Below, piece after piece: positions 14,201-28,350 of a stretch of 64,000 bases of DNA. The DNA lies in contig OX597820.1 of the NCBI GenBank assembly GCA_951406725.2, positions 76,880,001-76,944,000 on the forward strand, given 5' to 3'. Under the pieces are notes generated by a model. It was not told where the DNA came from and did not search any database. It saw only the letters and a list, made by a program, of their open reading frames with translations. The stretch is from Octopus vulgaris (lineage: Eukaryota). Position 1 is the stretch's first letter; each line of letters starts with the position of its first letter. The translations under genes and the position numbers were made by a program.

Positions 14201-16455
14201 GTGTTTATGTGTGTGAGTGTATATTGGGAATAAACTTGAATTTGAATCACGGCAGTGAAGTACTTCATTTCGGGTGATCCCACAACACAGTTATTCGCTT
14301 AAACAGAGAAGCGTATATTTGAGCAAACGCCTTAAAAACTTAATATACAAATCCAGAGATTTGTACTGGATTAGTATCATGATTATTACAAGTGTTCCAT
14401 GACAAATATAAAGTAATACATATAAGAAAACAAAAGAAACAGTGAAATTCAAAGTTTGTAATTAAGAAGTAAGGAAAGAACAGGGACAGAGGTGAAAACA
14501 ACCGGATGGACAATAGAAACCACGGATCTCTTACTTCTTGCCTTCATTAGAGACAGTAACTGATTTCCGTCTAAACATTCTTAATCTTGCTGGAATTAAC
14601 AGTTGTATTTCCTTTCTGTAATAGCACTGCTTTGCTCCTTAATACTTGCAATTACCAACCAGTGCTCTCACGTCACTTCAACTAGTTGCCAACATTCACA
14701 ACTCACCAAAATTCCATGTGTACACATATAATCATCCCTTGTTCTCACCTACGCCAACAAAGTTACTCAACAACCGAACACGCATGCTACATCGTTATCA
14801 TAAATACATATTAGTACTATCTCTTGTTCTCACCTAACATACAGTCAGGTACACCATACACTTAACCTCCAAAATACAGAAGTACGCAAACGTATATTCA
14901 TGCGGGCATCATATTGACAGGTAATCACTTCTTCGTGCACATACACACAGGGGTGCGCGCCACATATTCACGCTTTATCCACGCACTCACACTTCACGTA
15001 CATGCACATACTTCATTCATACACATAAGCATTATGCACGCTGACATGAATATAGCCCCACACCGATAAAACACATTCTTGTTCCGTTGGTCATATCCGT
15101 AGGCTCCTTACATTTTTCGTTCTAAAGTAAAATGATGTGATCTGAATTTTCTTCCATCGTTTTTGCTTTGTTATTGAGAAAGAACAGCTGTCCGAAACGT
15201 TTTACTCACCTTTGTCACTTTCTCTCACATAATTATTTTACGTTGCACTTTCTATAAGCTGTGAAACTTTCATTTTTCTCGTTAAAGAGACTGTGGATAT
15301 TCTAAAACTTAAGATATATTCTACTCGATATTAAATAATTCTTCTAGGGAGTAAAAAACCCCAGATATTTGCATTCACCGCACAATCTTTGAAATAGTCT
15401 CCTTTGTAGCATATCTATCAGCAGGTTATATAACATTCTAAACATCTGTTCCACTTCTTAACCACAATCTTCGTTTAAAGCTATCTAGCTCAAACTCTCG
15501 TTAAATGATCCACCCTCTAGAAGAATCGATCAGAAGGCGGGGGACATTGAAGACCAGGTAAGATTACTTCTATTCAAGGAAATATCTCTTCAACGAAATA
15601 TCTCAAAAGCAGAAACATTATGAGAGAGATTTCGATTATTTGAGATATGAAAACAATTGGTAAATTTTTGAAATGCTTAAAGTTGCTTTAAGGAGAACAA
15701 CGTTTGCAAAAACGGTGCAGTTGATAGGGTTTCTTCGTAGACTAGACCCCCTAACTTATCTGAAATGACCTCATACGTTCATTCTTCTTATTGTTTTTGC
15801 TAGCTAAGGAGTTCATCCTGAAACTAAAGCTAGACAGTTGCCAGGAGTTTAAGTTATAAAAAAATTTAAATGCTATCGTGCCCATTATATTTCACGGTAG
15901 TCTTGTGTTTTTTTTTGTTTTTTTTTTTAGTTGTGAAATGAAACAATGAGGATGAAATCTTTTGGACTCCCTTTATCCATGCAGAAGTGAAATGATGGCT
16001 ATCAGTGGGAAGTTTTCTTCAAAATTGTGTTACGCTATAGAAGAACTTGTTATACTTTATATCTGATAAAGAACTCATAATAAGAATTTTTGTCTGCTAT
16101 ATCAGTCATCGTTTATTTTGCAGATATTATATTGAGGCTTCTCGCACCCGAGAAGAATTTCTGTCGGTGTAGTGATCATAACATATGATGAACGGCAGTT
16201 TTACGAATATATATAAATTATAAATATATTCAATGGCTAAGACGTGTAGATATTTTCTTTCCCACATCGCTTTCTAACCAAAATTGAAATCTATTCTTAC
16301 ATAAATCTTGGTAACTTTAATCGACACTCGTGCGCGCAGGTGCGACTTTGATCACGCATATAGACGAAAGTTTGCTAACACTCACAGAAGCATACATGTG
16401 TATCAACATATATATTCACAAGCATATATTAATATATGAGCATATATAAATATAT

Positions 16456-16770
16456 GCAGGAGTGCTTGTGTGGTAAGTAGCTTGATCACATGGTTCCCGG
16501 TTCATTTCCACTGCGTGGCACTTTGGGTAAGTATCTGAAAGAAGCCCATCGGATATATGTATATACATATATATGTATGAGTGTGTATATGTTTGTGTAT
16601 CTGTGTTTGTCCCCGCCCCAACATCGCTTGGCAATCGATGGTGTTGTGTTTACGTCCGCGTAACCGATAGAATAAGTACTAAGCTTCCAAAGAACAAGTC
16701 TTCGACTAAAAGTCGGTGCTCCAGCATGGCCACAGTCAAATGAGTGAAACTTGTAAAAGAATAAAAGAGT
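16456..16770 (+). mobile_element. SINE family A copy with internal deletions
   Basis: GCAGGAGTG..TGTGTGGTAAGTAGCTTG head and GGTGCTCCAGCATGGCCACAGTCAAATGA tail. Confidence 0.85.
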
Positions 16771-16783
16771 ACACACACACACA

Positions 16784-16826
<43 letters not shown>

Positions 16827-16870
16827 ATGTATATATATATATATATATAGATAGATAGATAAATAGATAA

Positions 16871-16909
<39 letters not shown>

Positions 16910-18923
16910 CATACATACATACATACATACATACATACATACATACATACATACATACATAGATGGGTAGATAGATAGATGGGTAGAAAGCTAGAATGGC
17001 TTTCATTAGAATGCCAGCAGCTGACATTCATGGTAAGTTGCACTGTTCCAATCTAATGGATTTTATAAACACTATATTTCCCAATGAAAATTGTGACATT
17101 CATTATTGTATATAGAAATATATTCCTCAAGGTAGAATCACGCAAATCCATATTCCATTGCGATAATGAATACCATATCCTTTTAACGTTGTAGCTTTTA
17201 TATGCATATCTGCTCTTAAGTGCGTATATGGCTAGAATCTGGTTTATATCTCTAATGCCAATAGTTGAGAGCGCGAACACCCACATTGCTCCTTATACAT
17301 TACTTCTGCATATTTTACACATTAAGCAAAAATAAAACTAGAAATGCTTCGTATCTACACTGATGCATATTTTCTATAGACATACTTGAAAACTCAAAAT
17401 TAAAAATGATGGAAGTCACTTTGTTTCCGAGCACAACCAATTCCTAGATAGAGATAGCATATCTTAACATACGTTTAATTTTCTCTTGTGGCTTCTGAGA
17501 TAAAATCTTAGTCAAACCAACGACTTACAGATGAGATGTTTAGCCATCTGAACTTTTCATCTACTCCGACTGGGTCTGTCCACTTGAGTGATTTGTTTGA
17601 GACGTCGTTTCAAATCCTCACTGAAACATACTTTTCTCTGCGGGCAATATGGAAATATTGGAGTGATATGATATTACTAAGCTCATGACTGACCATTTAA
17701 TTAAGCAATCTAGTTTTTGGAAGGTACATATGGCATGGACCTTTCTTTGCAGGTCTACATAGAAATCCATTCCTGGAGAGAAATTATAGCTTCCATATTT
17801 CTTGCAGCATGCTTCAGTTGATCATAAGTTACAAACATGGTGGCAAAGACATCAAGATAGAGAGTCCTTAGTTTTCATGTGAATATTATATATCTTTAGT
17901 GTGTTTTCTGATAATCCTAATTGCTTATACATGGTGTATATGCAATGTTGGGGCGCATTTCATAATTTCGTTCACAAAACTGTGAAAAGCGTTGCATTCC
18001 ATAGGGCCCTTCTCTTCGAAATATTTCTATGGCACCTCCAAAAGGTGACTGGAGTGCTACAGCACGCACAATGAACTCACATGATCCTACTTTAAAGGAG
18101 ATACAAGTTTTGTGCTTCTTTCAGCCTAAAACATGTGACTCCTGAAAATGTTTAAAAAATACTGGAATGCACCTTGAAAGATTTCGTTATCGTTAATACA
18201 GTAAACGCATTGTATGGTCAAATAATCGAAGCTTGTTTCAATATCACAACTTTCTTTTTATCATGAAAAGAATTATTACCACGAAGCACAATTATTTCTA
18301 TCTTGATAAACTTCGTGAGGCAGAAATAACAAATAACAAGCATTGAATGCTTCTGAATGGAGTCGTTGAATGTGGGATAAAGATGAAAAATGTTTTAGAA
18401 AGAGAAAAGAAGTAATATAAATCCTTCGAGTAATAGTTAACCATCTCCGAAATGCCATCTACTACTTCTTCCTTACTACATTAAACTATTAATCTATAGT
18501 ACGAGGCCTCTTTTTCCGCTTCTTATTATAGTATTTTGTTTTCTATGTTATTTTATTAGCGATATTTTACATTGATAAACGTCAGTAGATTATTGGATTG
18601 GCGTAAATTTAGTTTACGCTGGATCTATAATTAACACTTTATAAAAGCAATCACACATTCCTCACGATGCAGTTTGTAAAGTGTGTGTCAAGTAAAACTT
18701 TGAAGTCATTTTCACCTTTTTTTTTGCGAAAGATACGAATCTATAGTTTTTCTATATATATGCAGTTTTCCCCGTTAGTACTTTATCTCTTTTCGTTATA
18801 TTTGAATATTTGTTCACTTTCACATCAATATATACATGCATACACACACACATACAAATACATATATACATGTGTAACGTGCATATATACATATATGTAT
18901 ATATACGTGTGTGTATGTGTGTG

Positions 18924-18964
<41 letters not shown>

Positions 18965-20306
18965 GTATATATGTATGTATGTAATATATATATACATATA
19001 TATGTATGTATGTAATATATATATACATATATATGTATGTATGTAATATATATATATATATATATATATATTCATATATACGTAGATAGATTCGTACACA
19101 CACACGTAGACACAATCACGCACACAGACACACGCACACATACACACACAAACACACACCGCACACACACACACATCGAACACGATGGCATTACAAAAGC
19201 GGTGAACCTTACTTTTTGTGTCAGATCTGATAAAGATTGATGGATGTCATTTATACAAAAATATACATAAATGAAAACAAAATAAAAGCTAGATCACGCA
19301 GTTTTGCATAAGAAACATATAATTCTTTGCCGAATTTGAAAAAAAACCTATAGAGAGGAGATTTATGTTCGCGTTCAATAGCGCTACGCAAAAGAGAGTT
19401 AAATCTAACACTGGTTAAGGAGCTCATTTATCTCAAATATTTATGGATATATAGATCCTAATATTTCAAACAAACTTGCGAGTTGACGCGTTCGGCCACT
19501 GCAGGTTCATGAAGGGTTGTCCGTACGCATCACCTAGCCTGCTAGAAATATCAACTATAAGCCTATTAAAGCAAGACCAACTTAAGACTGATACATATGA
19601 GAATATTGTCCTTGATGCAGAAAAGTATGGGATTAATGACTTTAACAACAACGCCATGAAAAACATAGCAACGACGACCCAGTGAAATATACTCGGGTGA
19701 AGTAAATCTCAACTGAGAGACAACATTTTGCGCCAACACATTTTCTGGTATCCACAGAATGGATGTAATCACCGTCACATCAGAATAACAAAAGTGTCCG
19801 AATTCTAATTGGCAACTGGAATAATCATGCAAGTACTAAAATTACTAAGCGAAGGAAGAAAACTTATGCGAAATAAAACATATCCAGAGTTTGCACGAAA
19901 AGGTATGATAAATATTAATTTTAAAACATGTGTAGAAAAGTGTTTGCAAGACGTATACCTAGATTTATTGGTTTTGAAGAGACGAAAAACCACAAGCATT
20001 CAAGATTTTTCTATGATAAGATCTTTCGATTTCGGTTTATTTTTTATGCTGTGTAACGATTATAAGAGGTTATTCAGACATTAGTTCAGATAACCAATAT
20101 ACTTCAAGATATGTGTACATGTACACATATGTATGTGTGTGTATGACCGTCTGCTTTTGTTAGTGTGCGTGTGTGTATGTGTGTCTGTGCGGGGGGGTGC
20201 GTTGGTAAGTGTGCGTATGTGTATAACTACAAACGTATGTATATGTGTGACATTTTTTTCATCCAGGTATCTGATGAAGAAATTGACCACAGCATTACAA
20301 AAGCTG

Positions 20307-20380
<74 letters not shown>

Positions 20381-20919
20381 TCACCACTTTTGTGATGCCA
20401 TCATGTTCGATGAGTATATATATATCGAAAATAGGAAAAGAAGCTCTGGTCTCAGCCGGAAATGAATAGAATCACAAAAATCGAAGCGTCCCGTGCGCAC
20501 ATGCTTACAACATTTCCAAGCGGATATGAAACAAGTACAATACATAGCACATGCGTTCTGCCTGTGGAATGTTTTCACCAAAACGGCTTACTGTTCTTTA
20601 CACTAATCGTTTAGAAATCAATAGAACCGTATTCAGTAGTGAATGTTATGTCGGAATTATCAGATGAAGACAAATTTACTTTTACTGCACTATATAGAGT
20701 TTCTGGTTGTTTTCTTGTATTCCTGATGCAGTTTCATTACATATACAAAGCTTAGCGAAAGGGGGACGGTGCTAAGCCGTTGCAAAACAATACGACTGCT
20801 AGAGAAGGGAATGATAGTTTTATTTCAAATTATATATAAAAATGAGGGGTCAAAGGAGGATGAGGTTAAAATATTAAAAAGAAACATAAATCGTATGTGG
20901 GTGTGTAATATATCTTGTG

Positions 20920-21083
20920 CTGTAGACGTAAGGAGCGGGAGATTTTGGCTGAGGGGCTAGGCAATCACCTCAATCCCTGTGCTGAACTAGTTCTTATTTT
21001 ATTGTCGCCGAAAGGGTGAACGGCAAGGACACTCTCTGTGGAATTTGAGTTCAAAACAAAAAGCCGCGGGAAATGCAGTTAAG
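20920..21083 (-). mobile_element. SINE family B copy (degenerate)
   Basis: TTCTTATTTTATTGTCGCCGAAAGGGTGAACGGCAAGG...GGAATTTGAGTTCA resembles the family B core. Confidence 0.55.
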
Positions 21084-22988
21084 CAAGTACATCTTAGTAA
21101 AAATTCGACCTGCTTCATGCTTGTGGGTGTGCAATAATGTCGACATCTAGGCTGTATTGCTGCTATCAGTATAAGTTCATTTAACAGAAAATATCGATCA
21201 GAAAATATAAATTCTTACTAGTTTAGAATTCAAATAATGTCTTACTTTTAAAGTAACTTACGAATAAGTGTACATCTAATATGAATATTGATTTCCATTA
21301 TTATAAATTTATTTTTAAAATACTGTAATAAACAGGTGAGGTTTCTGTTTCAGATTTATATTTCGTAAATTGAAAAAAAAAATCAATTTATAAATTGTAG
21401 GAACATGTAAATTAGATGTAAAATCTTAGAAATGTGAGCAGCATTATGAATGCATATCATTATTTTATAATATATCATAATTTCTTTAAAAAATACTTAA
21501 TAACATCTCTGCGTGGACGATAATTTAGTTATACAGTGGAAAAGCGATTAAATTCATTCTTTACTATTCATTCTGACTATTCATGATCCTCATATACATA
21601 AACAAATTAATAAGAAACGAGGGAAACAATTGGTTTACAAACAAATCATAAACATTTTTTGTTCATATATTTTAGATATATTATCGTGCTTTTAAAATAA
21701 GTCATATATCATGTTCCATTGAGTGTGAAGGAAGCAAAAATATGGCACAGTGAATGATGAAACATATGTAGTCGCTAAATGGCCAAATCAGAATATAGAA
21801 TAACACAAGTAATATTAGCTCCAGTACGGTATAATATAAATATTATATTAGATTTTCTTGAAAGAAGAGCTGTTTCCTTCAGAGATCCATAGTTCCACAC
21901 TATTTTTCGTATAAGCGGATTGACTATGCATATTACTACACAAAATACAATGTTTTATAAAGGGATATAGTTGGGTTAAAATTAGGATCAGAACATTTTT
22001 TATCGTATCCTTTATTTTATAATAAAAATTACCTGCTATACATCTGATTTCATTGAATATATATATTTACTCGTAAGATTAGAAATATCATGCTCCTTAT
22101 ATTTAATACATGCTGTGTAAAGAGAATTAAAACTACAAATGAAATTAGTATGACTGTATCTAGCTTCGATACAATACTGTTATTTGAATATGTTGTATTC
22201 ATTCAGTCTAAAACCGAAACTCTATAAATAAATTAAAGGGGGAACTAAGTGGTGTAATATAAGGGAATTAGGAATGAAGCGAACTGCAAAAGCGAGAGCA
22301 TAAAAATCATAATATAATAAGATTGGGAATTGTAATGGTAAACAACAGGAAAATAGAATATGGTAATGTTATGCTTGCTGATGTGTATCTACAAGAGTAA
22401 ATGATGGAGAATACGGTATGGCAGTAATACGTGTAAATTGTAAATCTCCAGGGTTATGATATCTGACGATATTACTATTCAAGGTATGTTCTTATCATAA
22501 ACATACAAAATGCGTTAGCCGTATGTATTTATATTTAGCTATATATATATGTGTGTGTGTATGTATTTTCTTACGTTTATTTCGCAAAAATTGACCAGCA
22601 CTAAATATAATACTATAAAAAATTATATATATATATATATATATGGGGGTGCGTGTATGTGTGTATGAGTGTGTGCTACACACACATACACACAATCTTT
22701 GAAAATTATACACACACATTCATGTATAAGCACATACGTATGATACATCGTGTATGCGCGCACGCGTAGTGTGTCTGTGTGTCTGTGCGTGTGTATGGAT
22801 GGAAGGATGGAGTTGATAAAAACGTTGTTATTGGATACGAAATTTACAGGAATAATTCTGTACTCACATAGCAGTTATTTTACAAAAAATCCACCTCTCT
22901 AGAAAATTAGAAAATATATCGTTAGAAGACTAATTAGTCAGTGGACTACAGAAACTATGTATATATTTGTGCGTGTGTTTATGTGTGT

Positions 22989-23032
<44 letters not shown>

Positions 23033-23060
23033 ATATACATATATATATAAACAAATATAC

Positions 23061-23099
<39 letters not shown>

Positions 23100-23363
23100 T
23101 TATATATAAATATTTACATTTATATGAAATTATAAAAGAAACAAATTTACATTAAACTGAAGGATTCCTGAATATTTCCTCTAGAGTACAAATTTAAAAT
23201 TCTATAAAAATAAGTACATTCCAAAAAGTTTTGAGTAATTTTCACGTGAGGCATTTAGTTCAAACAAGTACAAAACTATAATATGACTCGAAATAGAACT
23301 CTCTGACTTGAATTGTCTTGTTGTAGCGCACCTGTCACTTCATGAGGAACCAGCCCCAACCCC

Positions 23364-23388
23364 ATCATCATCATCATCATTATTATTA

Positions 23389-23482
<94 letters not shown>

Positions 23483-23493
23483 CATTATCATCA
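23364..23493. repeat. (ATC)n/(ATT)n microsatellite
   Basis: Read directly. Confidence 0.95.
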
Positions 23494-23494
23494 T

Positions 23495-23680
23495 TGAGCT
23501 GGCAGAAACGTTAGCACTCGGGCGAAATGCTTAGCGGTATTTCCTCTGTCTTTACGTTCTGAGTTCATATTCCACCGAGGTTGCCTTTGCCTTTCATCCT
23601 TTTGGAGTCGATTAAATAAGTACCAGTTGCGTACTGGGGTGTATGTAATCGACTTAATCCCTTAATCCCCCCTATGTTTA
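23495..23680 (+). mobile_element. SINE family B copy
   Basis: GAGCTGGCAGAAACGTTAGC...GCCTTTCATCCTTTTGGAGTCGATTAAATAAGTACC; colinear with 63828-64000. Confidence 0.88.
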
Positions 23681-23716
23681 GCCCCATATGGGCCATAAAA
23701 AAGATATTATTATTCT

Positions 23717-23885
23717 CGTAACCACCATCAATGATCTTCATCAGCTTGGGGAACAACCAAACTTGACGGGAAGCAAGGTCTGGATTGTAGGAAGAGTGAA
23801 AAATTGTTTTAATGCCCATCTCCGTCAAGTGTTGGATTACCAGGATGTAACTGTGGACAGGTGTATTATCTTGGAGCATTTGATA
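23717..23885 (-). pseudogene. mariner transposase C-terminal relic
   Basis: Translation LQDNTPVH...HSSYNPDLASRQVWLFPKL matches the mariner motif HDNAPxH...HPPYSPDLAPSDFWLFPKL. Confidence 0.8.
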
Positions 23886-24109
23886 AGGCGTTTTGCGATT
23901 AAATATCCTCCTCATCACACTGAAAACCTCTACAAATCAATCTCGTTTACGATTTAGCCAATGGGTCTCGTGTGGATGTTGACTGCACCTTGCGATTGAC
24001 AAATGGATCATCGTGAGCTACTTGGTTCGGTTCTACCAGCAGAAAGTAGGTGCTGGCTCTTCAGCAGGTTCATTCCAATACAATCTGGAGTATTTCACAA
24101 CTTTTCGCA

Positions 24110-25018
24110 TTGTGTCATCCCATAAATAATGCAGTTTTTTAAATACTTGGGTAGGGCTTCGTTTTCTATTCAAACTGCTTCAGCCTTTGGAGTGTCATCC
24201 TTGCTGTGTGTTGCCGAGCATTATCCTGATAGAAGAAGACCTTTCACTTTGAAACCAAAGATGGTCGTTTTTCTTCTAGCATTGCCTAGTTTGGATTTAA
24301 AGGTTCAAAGTGGGCTAAAAATTTCATATCCCACCAAACAGATACGTGAGTGAAGACATCCTTTAACCAGGGTGCTGTTGTTTCTCCGTTTCCTAAACAA
24401 TCTGTCTTCGGCGCTTGACATTTTCATGGAGAACCCATTTCTTGTCACAAGTCACTATTCGTGAGACGTGACAGCAAAGAAGAGCACACATTCACTTCGC
24501 GCGATTAGACGCGGCAAGTTTGTGATGAATCCCTTGACCCACTTTACTGACTTTTCCGATGGCACGCAGGTGTCAATGAATGGTTGAATGGCCAAATTCA
24601 AGCTTCTTTGCTTGATTTCCTCAACAATCACGATGGGATTTTTTTTCTACCAGAGTTTGCAAGACGTCTTCGTCGAGTTCTACAGATCTTCCAGGACGAG
24701 GCTTGCCTTCTAGACTGTAGTGTCCGACTCGGAATTTCTGGAAACATATACTGCATTAATATTCCTCACATCTTCCGTTCCGCTGTTGCCTTTATTGAAA
24801 TTATAAAGCAAAATATATCGAATACGTTCCTTTGTCACTTCGATTGAAAAAATAACTGTTAAAATCGAACAGCACACTTCAAAACGTTCACTAAGAATAA
24901 GGACAATGTTAAATATCTACTTGCTTTTATAGCTGTTGACGCAGGTAGCTTGTCCCGTCCCCATCTGACTTTTAGGTCATGCAAGTGAAAAAACTGCATA
25001 ATTTATGAAATGACCCAA
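24110..25018 (-). mobile_element. Internally deleted mariner DNA transposon with both TIRs
   Basis: ~31 bp TIRs at 24110-24140 (TTGTGTCATCCCATAAATAATGCAGTTTTTT) and 24988-25018, with TA on the right flank. The minus strand gives broken transposase segments ERIRYILLYNFNKG, PRPGRSVELDEDVL, VTCDKKWVLHEN and FFYQDNARQHT. Confidence 0.88.
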
Positions 25019-25411
25019 TAGCATGTCTTCCCAGTTTAAATCAGAACTATCTTGCATAACAAGCTTCCAAAATGTCTTCTTCCGTCTCGAATAACAAAAT
25101 TTGACAGATCAGCTTCTTAGATGCATAATAATGATGTACAGGAATTACAATAAACGAGGACAGTTATAATAGCTTCTCCTAAAATGTCTCAAAACATTTA
25201 GAATGCATTTTGTGTGCGTGTGCGTGTGTATGTACATACATATTCAAATAAATAGAAAAATTTTATATATGTATACGTATATATAATGCTTCTATAACGT
25301 GTGCGTGTATACATAGCTATAAATATGTGTGTGTGGGCGCGCGTGTGTGTTTTGTGTGTGAGTGTGTGTGTTTGCGTGTGTATGTACATGTATTTTCAAG
25401 AACATACACAA

Positions 25412-25452
<41 letters not shown>

Positions 25453-27141
25453 TTATATGTATGTATTTGTGCATATAATTTTTATATGACGTGTGTGTAT
25501 AAGCACTCACATATATGCACATGTGTGTGTGTTGTAGGGTTTAGGTTTACGTAATTTGCATGTAGTATTGTATACATGAAATATTTTGTCCGCGTGTGTT
25601 TATGTGTTAGGACGAGTGTGTTATCTTGTACGATATAACACACTAACATATTCACGTATTATATGTTAATAGAATAATATTAACATTTTCCGTATTTTAG
25701 ATACAGATGTCAATCAGACATTTATCTCAATATTTTTAATCACATTTCCAACTACCAGAGATGAATCTAGCGTTGGCCGTAGATGCTGCTGGGATGATTT
25801 ACTCTTCTGTCCGATGTATATGGCGTTTTGTGAAACACACTAGCTCCGTAACAAATGTTCTATTTTGATGAATATCGCAGCAAATTGCAATTCAAAGCAA
25901 AACAGGAACGCCAGAGGACATGTCATGTAGATGCACTACCTTACGCGTATTTCATTAATAATAAAACTAATACATTTATGTATGAAGTATTCTAATAAGA
26001 TTCCATTATCAAATTTTCAGAAAATGCCTACATATGTAAATAGACTTTAAGATTCTTAATAGACATTAGAGAGTGACCATGTTGCGGATTTGAAAACACT
26101 GTCCGTTTTTGATTCCTCATCTTGAAAATCATTACGTGTGTTATGCATTCCCTAAAGATTTGATAAAATGATTTAATTAGCTTTTTCCTTTATATTAAGC
26201 GTTTAATTATTAATGAAATGCAGTTAAGATAGCACGGCTAAATCTTTTGTGTAAAAATTGTCCTGTTTTGTTATATATATTTAAAGCTATGTACATATTT
26301 GTGGGAATGTATGTAGGTGCGTGACAGCTAATTCAATAAAAATGATGCCAGAAATATGAAGAGTGAAAGAATTGTGAATGAAAGTATCAAGCGTAAAATG
26401 AAAATGTATTTCTACAGCTGCGAAGGACTGAACATAGCTATTGATTATTTATAGACTGGAAACATAAAAATAATCGCGAAGTAATAATTTATTTCTAAGC
26501 CGATTGCTAAATTTGTTTAAAATGAAGTTTATTATATGGGATTTTGGAAGTGAATAGCACTCTGAAACTTAAGAATTGAGATTTTATTCGCTGTTGAAGA
26601 TATATGATATGGTTGTATCTTTCATAGGAATCATAGATGATTACGGAAAATATAGCGAAATGTATACACTAATATTATAAACACGAATCATGTCATATTC
26701 AAAGGCAATAAATCTACTTCAATTACCACCTATGAGATGACACTTTAAATTGTCGGAAACCATAATAAATCCTGTGATTATTCAATTTGTCTGAAGCTTT
26801 CAAATTCAAAGATCGAAATTGTGCAGATATTTAAGTTCAAAGATTTACAATGTTGCGTATTAGGAGTGAAAAACACGGTCTTTAAATCTCTTCCTTGTTC
26901 TATCTCTTTCTATCATCTCTCATTCTATCTCTTTCCTTCAGTTATGCATTTCGAAAATCTGTTAGTAACACATCTTATTTCAATTTCAGAAAAACTCTAC
27001 ATTACACAAACACATACACTATACGTACGCATACACACAAACATACACACCCACACACCATACACACACACATAATTGATATAAACAGCTAGTCGCATTA
27101 AGTGTGTATATATATATATATGTGTATATATATATATATAT

Positions 27142-27311
27142 ATATTATACATTCAATACAGGCACCAGGCATAGACATATATGCACTCAAACATCGCACA
27201 TATACCACACACAGTGAATGATATATATATATCATTCACTGTGTGTGGTATATATGCGATGTTTGTGTGCATATATGTCTATGCCTAGTGCTTGTATTGA
27301 ATGTGTGATAT
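27142..27311. repeat. Spacerless fold-back palindrome (~85 bp arms)
   Basis: 27151-27226 is the reverse complement of 27227-27302 with 4 mismatches; the centre is (AT)6. Confidence 0.95.
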
Positions 27312-28159
27312 AAATTTATCGATAATCACACACTCTTATTCACGTACAAACAGAATTGCACGCACATGTGCTTACGGAAAGCTATATATACATATAGAGG
27401 TACATACCTAACTGAAACAATTCTTGTATACGCACATATATTTCTAAGCTCTTCATAAATTTTATGACCTTGTCACTCTTTCTCTCGTTTACACATATTT
27501 TTCATATATATACAAGCGTGTGCTCAAAATATTTTGCAGTCAGTTTTTACGGACTGCTTCGCAAATTTTGCTAAACTTTTTTATCTAGTACTCTTTTAAC
27601 CCAACTATAATCTTTTCAGCCTTTAAATGATCGTTTTATATCAAAGATATTGAGTAAGTTACTTATTATTAATCTTGACCCCCAAAATATTGTATGCATG
27701 CATATACACATTCTTGTTTCATATCTAGTCTTGACCGCCAGAGACAGCATGATCGAATATTTCTTGCCAGCATACATTATTCTCAAATTTACTTCAGCCT
27801 TTTGTTCCACTAAAACCCTTTTGCAATAAGTGGAGGGAAGTGACATGGTGGTGTGGCACAATAAAATCTAATTTAGATTGAATTTTGGGTTTTGTGTTCA
27901 TCAACAAGTGTTTAGTTTTGAGAGCTGTCTATATCAAATTCTGTCTTGTTCAACTTTTCTGTATATTGTCCGAGGATAAATTATATTTGATTGCTTTCTC
28001 ATAGCATTTACATTCGTGACCACTCTTATTTACCATGATGGATAAGGTGTGAATAGGAATTATTTCCTGTTAATAAAGATAAGATTCGTTTTCATAATTT
28101 AGTTTAAATGGCAAAACATCTAGAAGTGTGTTTCACACTAATGTTATTATTAAACGGAA

Positions 28160-28350
28160 CGGAGTGGCAGAAAATTGTTTTATCGTTGACGGTATTTGTT
28201 TCAGTTCATTGAGTTGAAATCCTGCTGGGGTTAACTTTGTCTTCAAACCCTCAGGATCAATAAAATAAGGTATAAATCAAGAACGTAGATCGATGTAATC
28301 GATCGACCACCCTCCTCTCAGAATTGCTGGTCTTTTCCTAGGATTGGAAA
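28160..28350 (+). mobile_element. SINE family B copy (degenerate)
   Basis: GGAGTGGCAGAAA...GAGTTGAAATCC..GGGGTTAACTTTGTCTT...GATCAATAAAATAAGG...GATGTAATCGA. Confidence 0.55.

Noticed and set aside
15170-15205. Hammerhead-like ACAGCTGTCCGAAACGTT
   Set aside because: The CUGANGA core is missing.
15380-16150. Possible very old mariner relic (minus-strand CYKGDYFK, PPSDRFF)
   Set aside because: The motifs are too short and degraded, and no TIRs were found.
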